From: Candidatus Sungbacteria bacterium RIFCSPLOWO2_01_FULL_54_21
GTDB taxonomy: Bacteria > Patescibacteriota > Minisyncoccia > Sungbacterales > HO2-52-23
Assembly (NCBI GenBank): GCA_001820725.1
Contig: MHQR01000037.1
Coordinates: 1-44,547 of the forward strand
Length of the DNA: 44,547 nt
Reading direction: 5' to 3'
How positions within the stretch are numbered: position 1 is the first letter of the stretch; every line of letters starts with the position of its first letter. The translations under genes were made by a program, and so were the position numbers. The notes below the pieces were generated by a model, which was not told where the DNA came from, did not search any database, and saw nothing but the letters and a program-made list of their open reading frames with translations. Shown here piece after piece: positions 9,523-18,909 of the stretch.

Positions 9523-10053
9523 ATGACGAACAGGATTGCAAGATTGGGGAGGAAAGGAATACCGATGCCGGAGTTGCGTCCCGCAGTTGCCGAAGCTCGA
9601 CACTGCCGATGGCGCAATATCGGAAGCCGTAACGCTGTGCCGCCGGCTCTTATCGGGAGACACGGTTTTACCGTCATTGAATTGCTCGTCGTGACGGCAA
9701 TCATCGCGATGATTGCCTCCGTCGCGTTCGTGCAAATGGCCGGGTACCGTGCGCGTGCGCGGGATGCGGAGCGCGAGCGCGAAATCGGCGAATTACAGAA
9801 AGCGCTAGCCCTTTACGCCACCGATCATCGCGTGTTTCCCGTGGGGTCGGGTGTGATCACGGGCGGCGACGACCTTTCTGCGGCTCTGCTGGATGCCAGC
9901 GCGATACCCGCAATGCCGGAAGATCCCCTGCGCACCGGCGATTATGTCTACGCGTATGACTCGCCCGATGGCAGAGGATACACCCTGACCTATACCTTGG
10001 AAACGGATAGCATACTGGGGAAGGCAAAAGGTCTCCAGACCGCAACCCCCTAG
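9523..10053 (+). CDS. type IV pilin/GspG-like protein with long leader
   Basis: G|FTVIELLVV class III signal, 'RARARDAER'. Confidence 0.8.
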   Translation: MTNRIARLGRKGIPMPELRPAVAEARHCRWRNIGSRNAVPPALIGRHGFTVIELLVVTAIIAMIASVAFVQMAGYRARARDAEREREIGELQKALALYATDHRVFPVGSGVITGGDDLSAALLDASAIPAMPEDPLRTGDYVYAYDSPDGRGYTLTYTLETDSILGKAKGLQTATP

Positions 10054-10054
10054 T

Positions 10055-10120
10055 AAAATCCCAAACACGAAGCACGAAATCCGAAACAAATCCAAATGAC
10101 AAAAATTCCAAATCCAAAAC
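10055..10120. repeat. degenerate short-period A/C-rich repeat
   Basis: aaatcccaaacacgaagcacgaaatccgaaacaaatccaaatgacaaaaattccaaatccaaa. Confidence 0.45.
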
Positions 10121-10158
10121 GATCCTCGTATATCAACGATTTGAATTTTGTATAAGAT

Positions 10159-10527
10159 ATGCCCTATAAAATTCTCCTTATTGACGACGATCCGTTTATT
10201 GTAGAAATGTATGTTCTGAAGTTCAAGGACGAGCATTTTACTATTGAGGTCGCCAGCAACGGGGAAGACGGTGTGAAAAAAGCGAAATCATTCGCGCCAG
10301 ACGTCATTCTCCTTGATGTCGTCATGCCGGGCATTGACGGGTTTCAGACGCTCGAACTCCTGCGTAAGGAGGGCAACGCGCGTAAAATCATCATGCTCAC
10401 CAATCTAGGACAGAAAGAGGATGTTGAGCGCGGCATGAAGCTGGGCGCCGATGATTATATTGTGAAAGCGCATTTTACTCCGTCCGAAGTGGTCGCCAAA
10501 GTGCGTTCGGTTCTGGGCATCACCTAA
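10159..10527 (+). CDS. single-domain response regulator receiver
   Basis: 'LIDDD', 'DVILLDVVMP', 'MLTN', 'YIVK' CheY-like residues. Confidence 0.9.
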   Translation: MPYKILLIDDDPFIVEMYVLKFKDEHFTIEVASNGEDGVKKAKSFAPDVILLDVVMPGIDGFQTLELLRKEGNARKIIMLTNLGQKEDVERGMKLGADDYIVKAHFTPSEVVAKVRSVLGIT

Positions 10528-10529
10528 CT

Positions 10530-11603
10530 ATGGGCGCGGCAAATGCAAAACATGTCGTAGAAAATCTCCTGTCTACCGTCGTCAAGGAGAACGCGTCGGA
10601 TCTGCACATCACGGTGGGGCGGCATCCGGCCATACGCGTGGACGGCGGACTGGTGCCTTTGCTTAAGGAGGAGATCCTGACGCCCGATATGGCGCGCGAT
10701 TTCATCATGGCATTGCTCGATTCCCCCCAGCAGGAGCGGTTTCTGCGCGACAAGGAACTCGACCTCTCATATAATTTCCAGGATCGAGCGCGCTTCCGTG
10801 TCAATCTGTTCCACCAGAGGGGTTTTATGGGCGCGGCTTTGCGCCTGATTCCTGCCAAAATAAAGCAATTCGCTGATCTCAATCTGCCGCCGATTTTGGA
10901 GGAGTTTTCGCGCCGTCAGCAGGGGTTTTTCCTCGTCGTAGGCCCCACAGGCCACGGCAAGTCAACCACGCTCGCCGCGATGATTGACTATATCAACCGC
11001 ACGCGGGCCGACCACATCATTACGATCGAAGACCCTATTGAATACCTGTTCGCGTCCGACCGCTCCATCATTGACCAGCGTGAAATTGGCATTGACACCA
11101 GCGACTTTGCCAAGGCACTGCGTTCCATGTTCCGCGAAGACGTGGATGTCGCCATGGTAGGGGAGATGCGCGACAGCGAGACGATTGCCACTGCGGTTAC
11201 GGCGGCGGAAACCGGACATCTCATCCTTTCCACCCTGCACACCAACAATGCGGCGCAGACCATTGATCGCATTATAGATACGTTCCCTTCGGGCCAGCAG
11301 AGCCAGATACGCGCGCAACTTGCCTCCACGCTCATCGGCATTGTGTCCCAGCGCTTGGTGCCGCGTGTAACGGGCGGGCTGGTGCCGGCCATCGAGGTCA
11401 TGATCGCCAATCCTGCCATCCGCAACCTCATCCGCGAAAACAAGGCGCACGAACTGGATATGGTGATCGAGACCAGTTCGGAAGAGGGCATGATCAGCTT
11501 GAATCGCTCGCTGGTCGCTCTCGTTCGGAAAGGCGAGGTAAGCTTGGAGAATGCTCTGCTGTATTCTCTCAATCCCGGAGAATTACAGACGCTACTGAGA
11601 TAG
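10530..11603 (+). CDS. pilT: T4P retraction ATPase PilT
   Basis: 'ASDLHI', GPTGHGKSTT, 'GEMRD', 'AIRNLIRE'. Confidence 0.95.
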   Translation: MGAANAKHVVENLLSTVVKENASDLHITVGRHPAIRVDGGLVPLLKEEILTPDMARDFIMALLDSPQQERFLRDKELDLSYNFQDRARFRVNLFHQRGFMGAALRLIPAKIKQFADLNLPPILEEFSRRQQGFFLVVGPTGHGKSTTLAAMIDYINRTRADHIITIEDPIEYLFASDRSIIDQREIGIDTSDFAKALRSMFREDVDVAMVGEMRDSETIATAVTAAETGHLILSTLHTNNAAQTIDRIIDTFPSGQQSQIRAQLASTLIGIVSQRLVPRVTGGLVPAIEVMIANPAIRNLIRENKAHELDMVIETSSEEGMISLNRSLVALVRKGEVSLENALLYSLNPGELQTLLR

Positions 11604-11607
11604 AAAG

Positions 11608-11670
11608 GTATAGGAGCCAGGGTATTAGGGTATAGTTTTCTAAACCCTAAACCCTAAACCCTAAACCCTA
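11608..11670. repeat. heptamer repeat hairpin, (TAAACCC)x4 with partly complementary TAGGG arm
   Basis: taaaccctaaaccctaaaccctaaacccta at 11641-11670, preceded by ggtattagggtatag. Confidence 0.75.
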
Positions 11671-11675
11671 ATGAA

Positions 11676-12881
11676 GTGCCAACCTTTCAATACAAAGCGC
11701 GTACGCCGGAAGGCGAGGTGCGCAACGGCCTGGTAACCGCTTCTTCCGAAGAAGCAGCGCTCGATGCGCTCCAGCAAAACAAGCTGACCGTGATTGCGGT
11801 GCGCGAGACCGCGCCACCATCGCTCTTGGCGCGCAATATCTTTGGCGCGCGCGTTAAGTACAAGGACATTGTCATATTCTCGCGTCAGCTCGCCACGCTG
11901 TTCGAGGCGCGGATTCCGGTGGTGGAAGCGCTCAAAACGCTCATGAGCGAGGCGGAAAAGCCCGCCTTGCGGCAGGTGATCGCCGGCATTCTGGATGACG
12001 TCGCGGGCGGCATGTCGCTTTCCCAGTCCATGGGCAAGCGGCCGGAGGCGTTTTCCTCTTTTTATGTGAATCTCGTCCTATCCGGAGAAGAATCAGGGAA
12101 GCTGCAGGAAATTTTTACCTATCTTGCCGATTATATGGAACGTTCATACTACTTGGCGTCCAAAGCCCGGAACGCAATGATCTACCCGGCGTTCGTCCTA
12201 CTCGCGTTTACCGGCGTCTTGATCGTCATGCTCGTCGTGGTGTTTCCGCGTCTCATCAGCATTTTCGAGGAAACGGGCCAGAAAGTGCCTATTTACACAC
12301 AGGCCATCATCTTTTTGTCCCTGTTTTTGCGCCGATGGGGCTTGCTGTTCCTCCTGTTTCTCATCGGCGTCGGCGTCATGCTGTGGCGCTGGTCGGCAAC
12401 ACCCCCAGGAAAACTATTTTTCCACCGCCTGCAGGTATCCGTGCCGATCATCGGCCAGCTCTACCGCAAGCTATTCATGGCGCGCCTCACAGACAACCTC
12501 CAGACACTCATCATGGGCGGGATTCCCATTGTCCGCGCGCTCACGATCACGGGCGATGTCGTGGGAAATGTGGTCTATCAGCACGCCATCGAGCGCGCGA
12601 TAGAGTCGGTAAAAGGGGGCAGTACGATTTCGGCGGCTTTCGAGCAAACGCCTGAAATACCGCCGTTGGTGACCCAGATGATCAGGATAGGGGAGACGTC
12701 CGGGCGTCTGGACTCTATTTTGGGATCGGTTTCCAAGTTCTACCGCCGGGAAGTGGACAGCGTGCTGGAGAACATCGTGGCACTCATCGAGCCGGCCCTC
12801 ATCATTTTCCTCGGTGTCGGCATAGGCGCTCTGGTCGCCTCGGTGCTGGTACCTCTCTATAATCTGGTGGGCGCCATCTGA
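11676..12881 (+). CDS. pilC: T4P platform protein PilC/GspF
   Basis: Two T2SSF domains, 'FSRQLATL', 'GEESGKL', 'IEPALII'. Confidence 0.93.
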   Translation: MPTFQYKARTPEGEVRNGLVTASSEEAALDALQQNKLTVIAVRETAPPSLLARNIFGARVKYKDIVIFSRQLATLFEARIPVVEALKTLMSEAEKPALRQVIAGILDDVAGGMSLSQSMGKRPEAFSSFYVNLVLSGEESGKLQEIFTYLADYMERSYYLASKARNAMIYPAFVLLAFTGVLIVMLVVVFPRLISIFEETGQKVPIYTQAIIFLSLFLRRWGLLFLLFLIGVGVMLWRWSATPPGKLFFHRLQVSVPIIGQLYRKLFMARLTDNLQTLIMGGIPIVRALTITGDVVGNVVYQHAIERAIESVKGGSTISAAFEQTPEIPPLVTQMIRIGETSGRLDSILGSVSKFYRREVDSVLENIVALIEPALIIFLGVGIGALVASVLVPLYNLVGAI

Positions 12882-12891
12882 CGTTCCGGTG

Positions 12892-13023
12892 CCGATATTG
12901 CCTGCCGCAGTTGCCGAACCATACCTTTGTCTCGCCGCTGATATTGCAATCACGGCAGAGGAATTTGAAACAGTGTTTCAAATTCCCACAGGTGCTGTGC
13001 TCAGCAACATCAGGCAATTTCGG
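12892..13023. other. multi-branched intergenic stem-loop upstream of major pilin
   Basis: Closing stem ccgatattgcctg/caggcaatttcgg; inner gttgccga/tcagcaac and gaatttgaaac/gtttcaaattc. Confidence 0.55.
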
Positions 13024-13032
13024 GAGCGGTAC

Positions 13033-13041
13033 TGTGGATAA
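13033..13041 (-). promoter_or_regulatory. DnaA box upstream of major pilin gene
   Basis: TGTGGATAA perfect match. Confidence 0.55.
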
Positions 13042-13121
13042 CTGGGTGTGGTGCCGTTCGCTGTATCGGGTAAAATAGAGGTGGTCATCACTTAGCCGTC
13101 ATTATTTACTTTATTCTTTTT

Positions 13122-13646
13122 ATGAAGAGAAAAAGCGGTATCCTGGGTTTTACCCTGATCGAGCTTTTGGTAGTCATCGCGATCATCGGCGTGCTGGCAA
13201 GTATTGTGCTTGCATCCCTCAATAGCGCCCGGCGCAAATCGCGCGACGCGCGCCGCATCACGGATCTCAAGCAGATACAATTAGCGCTTGAGCTCTACTT
13301 TGATGCGCAGTCGCCTCCGCAGTACCCTGCGGCAACGGATCCGGCGACCACGTGCACGGTGACCCTCGCAAACGGGCTTGAAGTGCTGGCCACGGGCGGC
13401 TATATTCCGCAAATACCTCGTGACCCACAGGGCGGATGCTACCGATATGCTTCCAATTCAGCATCGCCGCGCACCACCTATCACTTGGGCGCTACTTTGG
13501 AAGAGTCCACCAACCCCGCGTTGAACTCGGATAAAGATTGCGATTCCACGGACAACAGTCCCGTCTGCACAACGGGTGTGACATATGGCGGTTCAGGTGC
13601 GCCTTTTGATGGTGCGACCGGAGCGGTCTACGACATCATTCCCTAG
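13122..13646 (+). CDS. type IV pilin, probable major pilin
   Basis: G|FTLIELLVVIAIIGVLASIV, 'ARRKSRDARRITDL', four Cys; has its own upstream regulatory region. Confidence 0.9.
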   Translation: MKRKSGILGFTLIELLVVIAIIGVLASIVLASLNSARRKSRDARRITDLKQIQLALELYFDAQSPPQYPAATDPATTCTVTLANGLEVLATGGYIPQIPRDPQGGCYRYASNSASPRTTYHLGATLEESTNPALNSDKDCDSTDNSPVCTTGVTYGGSGAPFDGATGAVYDIIP

Positions 13647-13667
13647 TCGCACTCGACATCATGCGAT

Positions 13668-13701
13668 GAATGACGATGACACTTGTCGGTCATCGTCATT
13701 C
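13668..13701. repeat. 13-bp inverted repeat after pilin gene
   Basis: gaatgacgatgac-N8-gtcatcgtcattc followed by T-run; possible terminator. Confidence 0.65.
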
Positions 13702-13717
13702 TTTTTAGCGATTCTTT

Positions 13718-14509
13718 ATGACCTTTCTCATTGTCGGTTTTTTATTTGTGATTGGTCTTGTGATCGGCAGTTTTCTCAATGTCGTCATTCTGCGCGGCGA
13801 GCGGGGTGAGGGATTGGGCGGCAGGTCGCGGTGTATGGCCTGCGGCCGAATACTCGGCATCAGCGAGCTTGTGCCGGTGGCAAGCTTCATATTTCAGCAT
13901 GGCAGGTGCCGCGGGTGCAGGGAGCGATTCTCTGTGCAGTATCCGCTGGTGGAATTGGGTACGGCGCTCGCGTTTGCTGGTATCGCGTGGTTTTTTGTCC
14001 CCGTGCTCATGGGGGGAGGAACCGCAATATCGGCACAGGCGCTGTTGAATCTCGGTGTGCTACTGCTCGCGGCATGCGCCGCGATTGTTATCTTTGTCGC
14101 TGACTTCCGGTTTCAGATCATTCCCGTTGGCGCGGTGATTGTCCTTGGGCTTGCGGGTATCGTCGTAACGCTTGGTCGTAACACTCTCCTGGGGGATCTT
14201 GCCGCAGTAATCGGATGCTCCTTGTTTTTCTTTTTACTCTCATACGTCTCGGGTGGCCGATGGATGGGGAATGGGGACTGGATGCTCGTATTCGCGACCT
14301 CACTCGTCATCGGATTCCCGTCATCCATCGCGGCGTTCCTCTTTTCGTTTTGGCTTGGCAGTATTGTTGGGCTTACACTCTTGGCGCTCGGGAAAAAGAG
14401 TTTGCAGAGCCGCATCCCGTTCGGCCCTTTTATTCTCGCGGGCGCTCTCCTTGCATGGAGGTATGCCGACGCATTCTTTGCGTACACGGGGCTTTCTTTG
14501 CTCTTGTGA
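13718..14509 (+). CDS. pilD: prepilin peptidase PilD (A24)
   Basis: 'GSFLNVVI', two CxxC pairs, 'D...QII', 'MGNGD', 'IPFGPF'. Confidence 0.93.
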   Translation: MTFLIVGFLFVIGLVIGSFLNVVILRGERGEGLGGRSRCMACGRILGISELVPVASFIFQHGRCRGCRERFSVQYPLVELGTALAFAGIAWFFVPVLMGGGTAISAQALLNLGVLLLAACAAIVIFVADFRFQIIPVGAVIVLGLAGIVVTLGRNTLLGDLAAVIGCSLFFFLLSYVSGGRWMGNGDWMLVFATSLVIGFPSSIAAFLFSFWLGSIVGLTLLALGKKSLQSRIPFGPFILAGALLAWRYADAFFAYTGLSLLL

Positions 14510-14526
14510 AGAGGTATAATAATGGC

Positions 14527-15162
14527 ATGCGTTTATCTGTCAATTTCGGCAATCGTCTCGCGGGGGACACACGCGTGGGACAAGGGCGAGAGACGGGGTT
14601 CACGATGGTGGAGGTGGTCGTCATGATGTCCATCGTGACAATTATCAGTGGCATCGTGCTCGTTAGTTTTACCGGCCTTCATGAAGGAGCGGCGATCAAC
14701 CGCTCCGCGCGCGAGCTAGCGCTTGCGGTCAGGCGCGCCCAGAACATGTCGCTTGCCGTGACGCAAATCGACACCCCTCTCGCAGGGCCGCGCATTCCGC
14801 CGGCCATAGGCATGCGATTCGCGCAGGACGCGCAGACCTATGTATCTTTCGGGGACTTCAATCGGGATAATCGCTATGGCAACGAATTGCCGGAAGACGA
14901 GCGGGATGTGCGGGTCGTCACCGATGCCGTATTCGAAGGCAATGTGAAAATTAAGTCAGTCGCGTATTATGACGCGTTCAATCAGCGCCAGGCGATACCC
15001 GTCCTGCATGTTATCTTTGCGGCGCCTGAAGCCGCGGTGACGATTGCCGGAGCTGACGGCGCGCCGCTCGGCGACCTGGCGGAGATAGAACTCGTCACGG
15101 CATCGGGCCAGCTGACCAAGAGAATCCTAGTGCGGACAAGCGGACAAGTAAGCATCAGGTAA
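14527..15162 (+). CDS. minor pilin (FimT/GspH-like)
   Basis: G|FTMVEVVV; ATG 6 nt after TATAAT. Confidence 0.8.
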   Translation: MRLSVNFGNRLAGDTRVGQGRETGFTMVEVVVMMSIVTIISGIVLVSFTGLHEGAAINRSARELALAVRRAQNMSLAVTQIDTPLAGPRIPPAIGMRFAQDAQTYVSFGDFNRDNRYGNELPEDERDVRVVTDAVFEGNVKIKSVAYYDAFNQRQAIPVLHVIFAAPEAAVTIAGADGAPLGDLAEIELVTASGQLTKRILVRTSGQVSIR

Positions 15163-15214
15163 CAATGACTATGACCATGGCGATGGACCTGTCGTATCGT
15201 CATTTGTCATTGTC

Positions 15215-15820
15215 ATGGCCACAGGTATGATAAGATTTCAATCGGGCTTTACGCTTCTCGAGACCGTCGTGGCGCTCGCCGTCATTCTGGCCGCCGTGGT
15301 TGGGCCGGTGTCCCTCATCACGCGCGGGCTCTTCACTTTTTCTTTTTCAAAAAATAAAGTCATCGCTTCCAATCTGGCGCAGGAGGGGTTGGAGATCGTG
15401 CGCCTGGTGCGGGAAAACAACGTCGCGTGCGACACGCAAAACGGGCCAGCCACGTGGCAATGGAATCGGGATCCGGAAGGCGGGATACTGACACGGGTGC
15501 GCGCCGGCGTGGATATGGAGTCCTTTACCACGATCTCGTGCGGCACTGCGATCATTTCCACACCGCGCCTTTCGGTATCATGCTCCGGACCCTTGCTCTA
15601 TGAAAACGATCCCCTTCTGGACAATTATGGCATGTACGGATATAGAAGCGGCATTCAGACGGCTTTTTCGCGGTGTATTGATATTACGTCGCCGCCCGAT
15701 GCGCACGATAGCGACATTCCCGCATCGGCCCAGATGGATGTTATCTCAACCGTTACTTGGAACGAACGGGGGGTCGAGCGAAGGGTTGTATTAAGGGAGC
15801 GCCTGTATGATTGGAGGTAA
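15215..15820 (+). CDS. minor pilin (PilV-like)
   Basis: G|FTLLETVVA, 'ASNLAQEGLE'. Confidence 0.85.
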   Translation: MATGMIRFQSGFTLLETVVALAVILAAVVGPVSLITRGLFTFSFSKNKVIASNLAQEGLEIVRLVRENNVACDTQNGPATWQWNRDPEGGILTRVRAGVDMESFTTISCGTAIISTPRLSVSCSGPLLYENDPLLDNYGMYGYRSGIQTAFSRCIDITSPPDAHDSDIPASAQMDVISTVTWNERGVERRVVLRERLYDWR

Positions 15821-16337
15821 CCGCGGATTCACCTTATTGGAAATGATCATCTCGATCGGGATATTTTCCACGATCGTCATTGCCTCGATCGGCATCACCA
15901 TCGGTATTTCCAATGCCCAGATCAAGGCCTCAAGCGTGCAGGCGGCACAGGACAATATTCGCTTTAGCGTGGAGCTCATGACCAAGGAGATGCGCACGGG
16001 CTCCCAGTACGAGCTGTCGCATTTGTGCGCGGGAACATCCGGAGAAGAGATCAGGTTTGTGGCGTCGAGCGGCACGTCACGCGTGTATTATCGGTCTGGT
16101 GCGTCCCTCATGCGGCTGGTGGACAGCACGAATTGCAGTACGGCCAAACCCCTGATGAGCGAAGAAGTGGGCGTCGAAAGTTTGCGGTTCAGGATAGGAG
16201 GCGCTACGCCAGGCGCTACAGACGGACAGCCGTGGGTAATGGTGTCGCTCTCTATACGCTCGCGGGGCTCAAAGCCCGTGCTGGATTCGCAGATGGATTT
16301 ACAGACCATGGTGGTGCAGAGGTTTAGAGATCAATAA
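15807..16337 (+). CDS. minor pilin (PilW/GspJ-like)
   Basis: G|FTLLEMII. Confidence 0.85.
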   Translation: MIGGNRGFTLLEMIISIGIFSTIVIASIGITIGISNAQIKASSVQAAQDNIRFSVELMTKEMRTGSQYELSHLCAGTSGEEIRFVASSGTSRVYYRSGASLMRLVDSTNCSTAKPLMSEEVGVESLRFRIGGATPGATDGQPWVMVSLSIRSRGSKPVLDSQMDLQTMVVQRFRDQ

Positions 16338-16351
16338 AAAGATAATCACCA

Positions 16352-16834
16352 ATGACCAACTCCGAATCCCGAAGAAATCTCCAAACCGCAACACCCATTG
16401 AGAGATTTTTGCATTGGGTATTTCTTCGGGATTCTGATTTGGGGGTTTGGGTTTACCAAAAGCAAGGCATTACGCTTCTCCTCGTGGTGGTCCTGCTGTC
16501 CGCCATTCTCTCGATCAGCATCGGGATTTTCAACGTGGTGTACGGCGAATTCAGGATTTCCGGCGAAGTCGCGGATTCGTTCCGCGCACTGTACGCCGCA
16601 GACGAGGGTATCGAACGCACGCTCTATCGCGATCGGCAGGACAATGCGATTTGTACGGTGATTCAGGGCGTTGATTGTTTTGTTGCAGTAGATGTTCCGG
16701 TGCGTTCGGGCGGACAGTACAGCGTGCGCGTGTCAAAAGAAGGGGGCGTAACCGCCGTGGTGGTCGCGGGACAGAATCGCGAGGGCGCCAATGCGGCGCG
16801 CATCGTAAAGCGCGGATTTCAGGTTAGGTACTGA
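16352..16834 (+). CDS. PilX-like minor pilin with hairpin-containing leader
   Basis: G|ITLLLVVVLL lacking E5, 'ALYAADEGIE'. Confidence 0.75.
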   Translation: MTNSESRRNLQTATPIERFLHWVFLRDSDLGVWVYQKQGITLLLVVVLLSAILSISIGIFNVVYGEFRISGEVADSFRALYAADEGIERTLYRDRQDNAICTVIQGVDCFVAVDVPVRSGGQYSVRVSKEGGVTAVVVAGQNREGANAARIVKRGFQVRY

Positions 16835-16840
16835 TAGGAT

Positions 16841-18619
16841 ATGCGATTTTCCGAACTAGCACATTATCTGGAACGACTGGAAGCAACGGCTTCGCGCAAC
16901 GATATGACGAAAATCCTTGCCGAGGTGTATGCCAAAGCCGGGCATGACGAGACGGACAAACTATCATATCTTCTGCTCGGAGAGTTGACGCCTTCGTACC
17001 GGGGCGTTGATTTCCAGATTGCCGAGAAGATGATGATACAGATACTCGCATCAGCGTATGAGATGTCCGCGGCCCGCGTGCTGAACCAATTTCGCCGCAA
17101 AGGGGATCTGGGAGACCTTGCCTACGAACTCGCCGAATCAGCCGGCAAAAACAGCAGTAGTTTAAATGTTGAAGACGTGTATGACCGTCTGCGCGCGGTT
17201 GCCGAGGACGCGGGCACGGGAAGCCAGGAGCGCAAGAAACGGGCAATGGCGGATATTCTGCAGGCGCTTGATCGTACGTCGGCAAAGTATGTCGCGCGCA
17301 TTCCGGTGGGGAAAATGCGGCTTGGATTTTCCGAAGCAACGATTTTGGACGCGCTCTCCCTCATGCTCAAGGGCGACAAATCCGCGCGTCCGGCGATTGA
17401 GCGCGCGTACAACGTAATGGCCGACATCGGCGCCATTGCAAAACGGGTGAAAAAAGGAGGACTCGCGTCGCTCTCTCGTCTCCATGCAGAACCCGGCACG
17501 CCCATCAGGCCGTCGCTTGCCGAGCGCGTCAGCCATGTTGCCGACGCCATGAAAAAGGCGGGCCCGGAAGTCGGCTTGGAGGAAAAGCTTGATGGTCTGC
17601 GCATGCAAGTGCATGTATGGCATGAAGTCAGCGAGCGGCGCGTCTCGCTTTTTTCGCGGAATTTGGAAAATACGACGGCGATGTTCCCCGAAATCGTCGC
17701 GGCGGCGCGCCGCTTAAAAGTAAAAAGCATCATCCTTGACGGCGAGGCGATTGGCTATTATCCCAAGACCGGCACGTTCGCTCCGTTTCAGGAGACGGTT
17801 CAGCGTAAACGCAAACACGATGTCGCCGCATTTGCCGAAAAACTGCCCTTGAGCATTTTTGTTTTTGACCTCCTTTATCTGGACGGGAAGTCCTTGCTTG
17901 ATCGGCCGTTTCGCGAGCGCCGTGCCATGCTTGAGCGCACGTTGCCCCGCGAGGACGACACCGTGCGGCTGACGACTTTTGAAGTAACACAGGACCCGGC
18001 GCGCGTAGGAGAGGCGCTTGCAGAAAGCGTTGGCAAGGGACTTGAGGGTCTGGTCGCAAAGAATCTTGACGCGCCGTATCAGCCCGGTAGTCGCGGCTTT
18101 CACTGGGTCAAGCTCAAGGCGACCACCGCGGCTCTGGGCAATCTGCGCGGCGGCGGCATAAAAGGCCTGCCCGACACCATTGACTGCATCGTGATGGGCG
18201 CCTATCGGGGCAGGGGAAAGCGGGCGGCCTTTGGCGTGGGCGGGTTTTTGCTGGGCGTCCGCGGCAAAGACGGACGGTACTTTTCTCTCTCGCGCCTGGG
18301 CACCGGACTTTCCGACGATAATTTTCGCGAGGCGCACCGTAGGGTGCGGATGCTGTCAGTAAAAGAGCAACCAAAGGAGTATGCAGTGGAAAAAGAAACC
18401 GCGCCCCACATTTGGCTCAAGCCCTCGCTTGTGGTAGAGATATTGGCAGACGAGATTACGCTTTCTCCCCGTCATACGGCAGGGAAGAAAGGCGCCGACG
18501 GGAAAGGATACTCCCTGCGTTTCCCGCGCTTGGTGCGTTTCCGCGATGACAAAAAAGCGCAGGATGCAACCACAGACGAAGAAGTGGCAAAAATGTTTAA
18601 GATGCAGAAAAAGACGTGA
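16841..18619 (+). CDS. lig: ATP-dependent DNA ligase (DBD + adenylation + OB domains)
   Basis: 'EEKLDGLR' KxDG, 'LDGEA', 'FDLL', 'EGLVAK', 'WVKLK', 'SLRFPR'. Confidence 0.93.
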   Translation: MRFSELAHYLERLEATASRNDMTKILAEVYAKAGHDETDKLSYLLLGELTPSYRGVDFQIAEKMMIQILASAYEMSAARVLNQFRRKGDLGDLAYELAESAGKNSSSLNVEDVYDRLRAVAEDAGTGSQERKKRAMADILQALDRTSAKYVARIPVGKMRLGFSEATILDALSLMLKGDKSARPAIERAYNVMADIGAIAKRVKKGGLASLSRLHAEPGTPIRPSLAERVSHVADAMKKAGPEVGLEEKLDGLRMQVHVWHEVSERRVSLFSRNLENTTAMFPEIVAAARRLKVKSIILDGEAIGYYPKTGTFAPFQETVQRKRKHDVAAFAEKLPLSIFVFDLLYLDGKSLLDRPFRERRAMLERTLPREDDTVRLTTFEVTQDPARVGEALAESVGKGLEGLVAKNLDAPYQPGSRGFHWVKLKATTAALGNLRGGGIKGLPDTIDCIVMGAYRGRGKRAAFGVGGFLLGVRGKDGRYFSLSRLGTGLSDDNFREAHRRVRMLSVKEQPKEYAVEKETAPHIWLKPSLVVEILADEITLSPRHTAGKKGADGKGYSLRFPRLVRFRDDKKAQDATTDEEVAKMFKMQKKT

Positions 18620-18909
18620 TTTCCAAGAAAGACGTACACCACATTGCGCATCTGGCGCGCCTCGCGCTGACGCCGGAGGAAGAAGATCGGTTCGTGGGAG
18701 AACTCTCTTCAATTTTGGGATTTGTGGAGGCATTGAATGAAGCCGACACCGAGGGCATTGTGCCGATGACCGGCGGCACCACGCTTGAAAATGTCATGCG
18801 TGATGATGCGGTCGTTGACACTGTGCTTGAAGGCAAGCGCGAGCAACTGCTCTCTGCGGCGCCGGAGCGGCGCGAAGGATGGGTAAAAGCAAAAAAAGTT
18901 TTTGACTAA
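18616..18909 (+). CDS. gatC: Asp/Glu-tRNA amidotransferase subunit C
   Basis: 'DVHHIAHLARL', 'MRDD'; precedes gatA. Confidence 0.92.
   Translation: MISKKDVHHIAHLARLALTPEEEDRFVGELSSILGFVEALNEADTEGIVPMTGGTTLENVMRDDAVVDTVLEGKREQLLSAAPERREGWVKAKKVFD

Noticed and set aside
11641-11670. (CCCTAAA)n equals the plant telomere repeat
   Set aside because: Only four units, inside a bacterial operon and part of a hairpin; no sign of eukaryotic DNA.
12885-13025. c-di-GMP-I riboswitch suggested by CAGTTGCC
   Set aside because: The GNRA tetraloop, receptor and GGCAAA-type 5' motif are absent.
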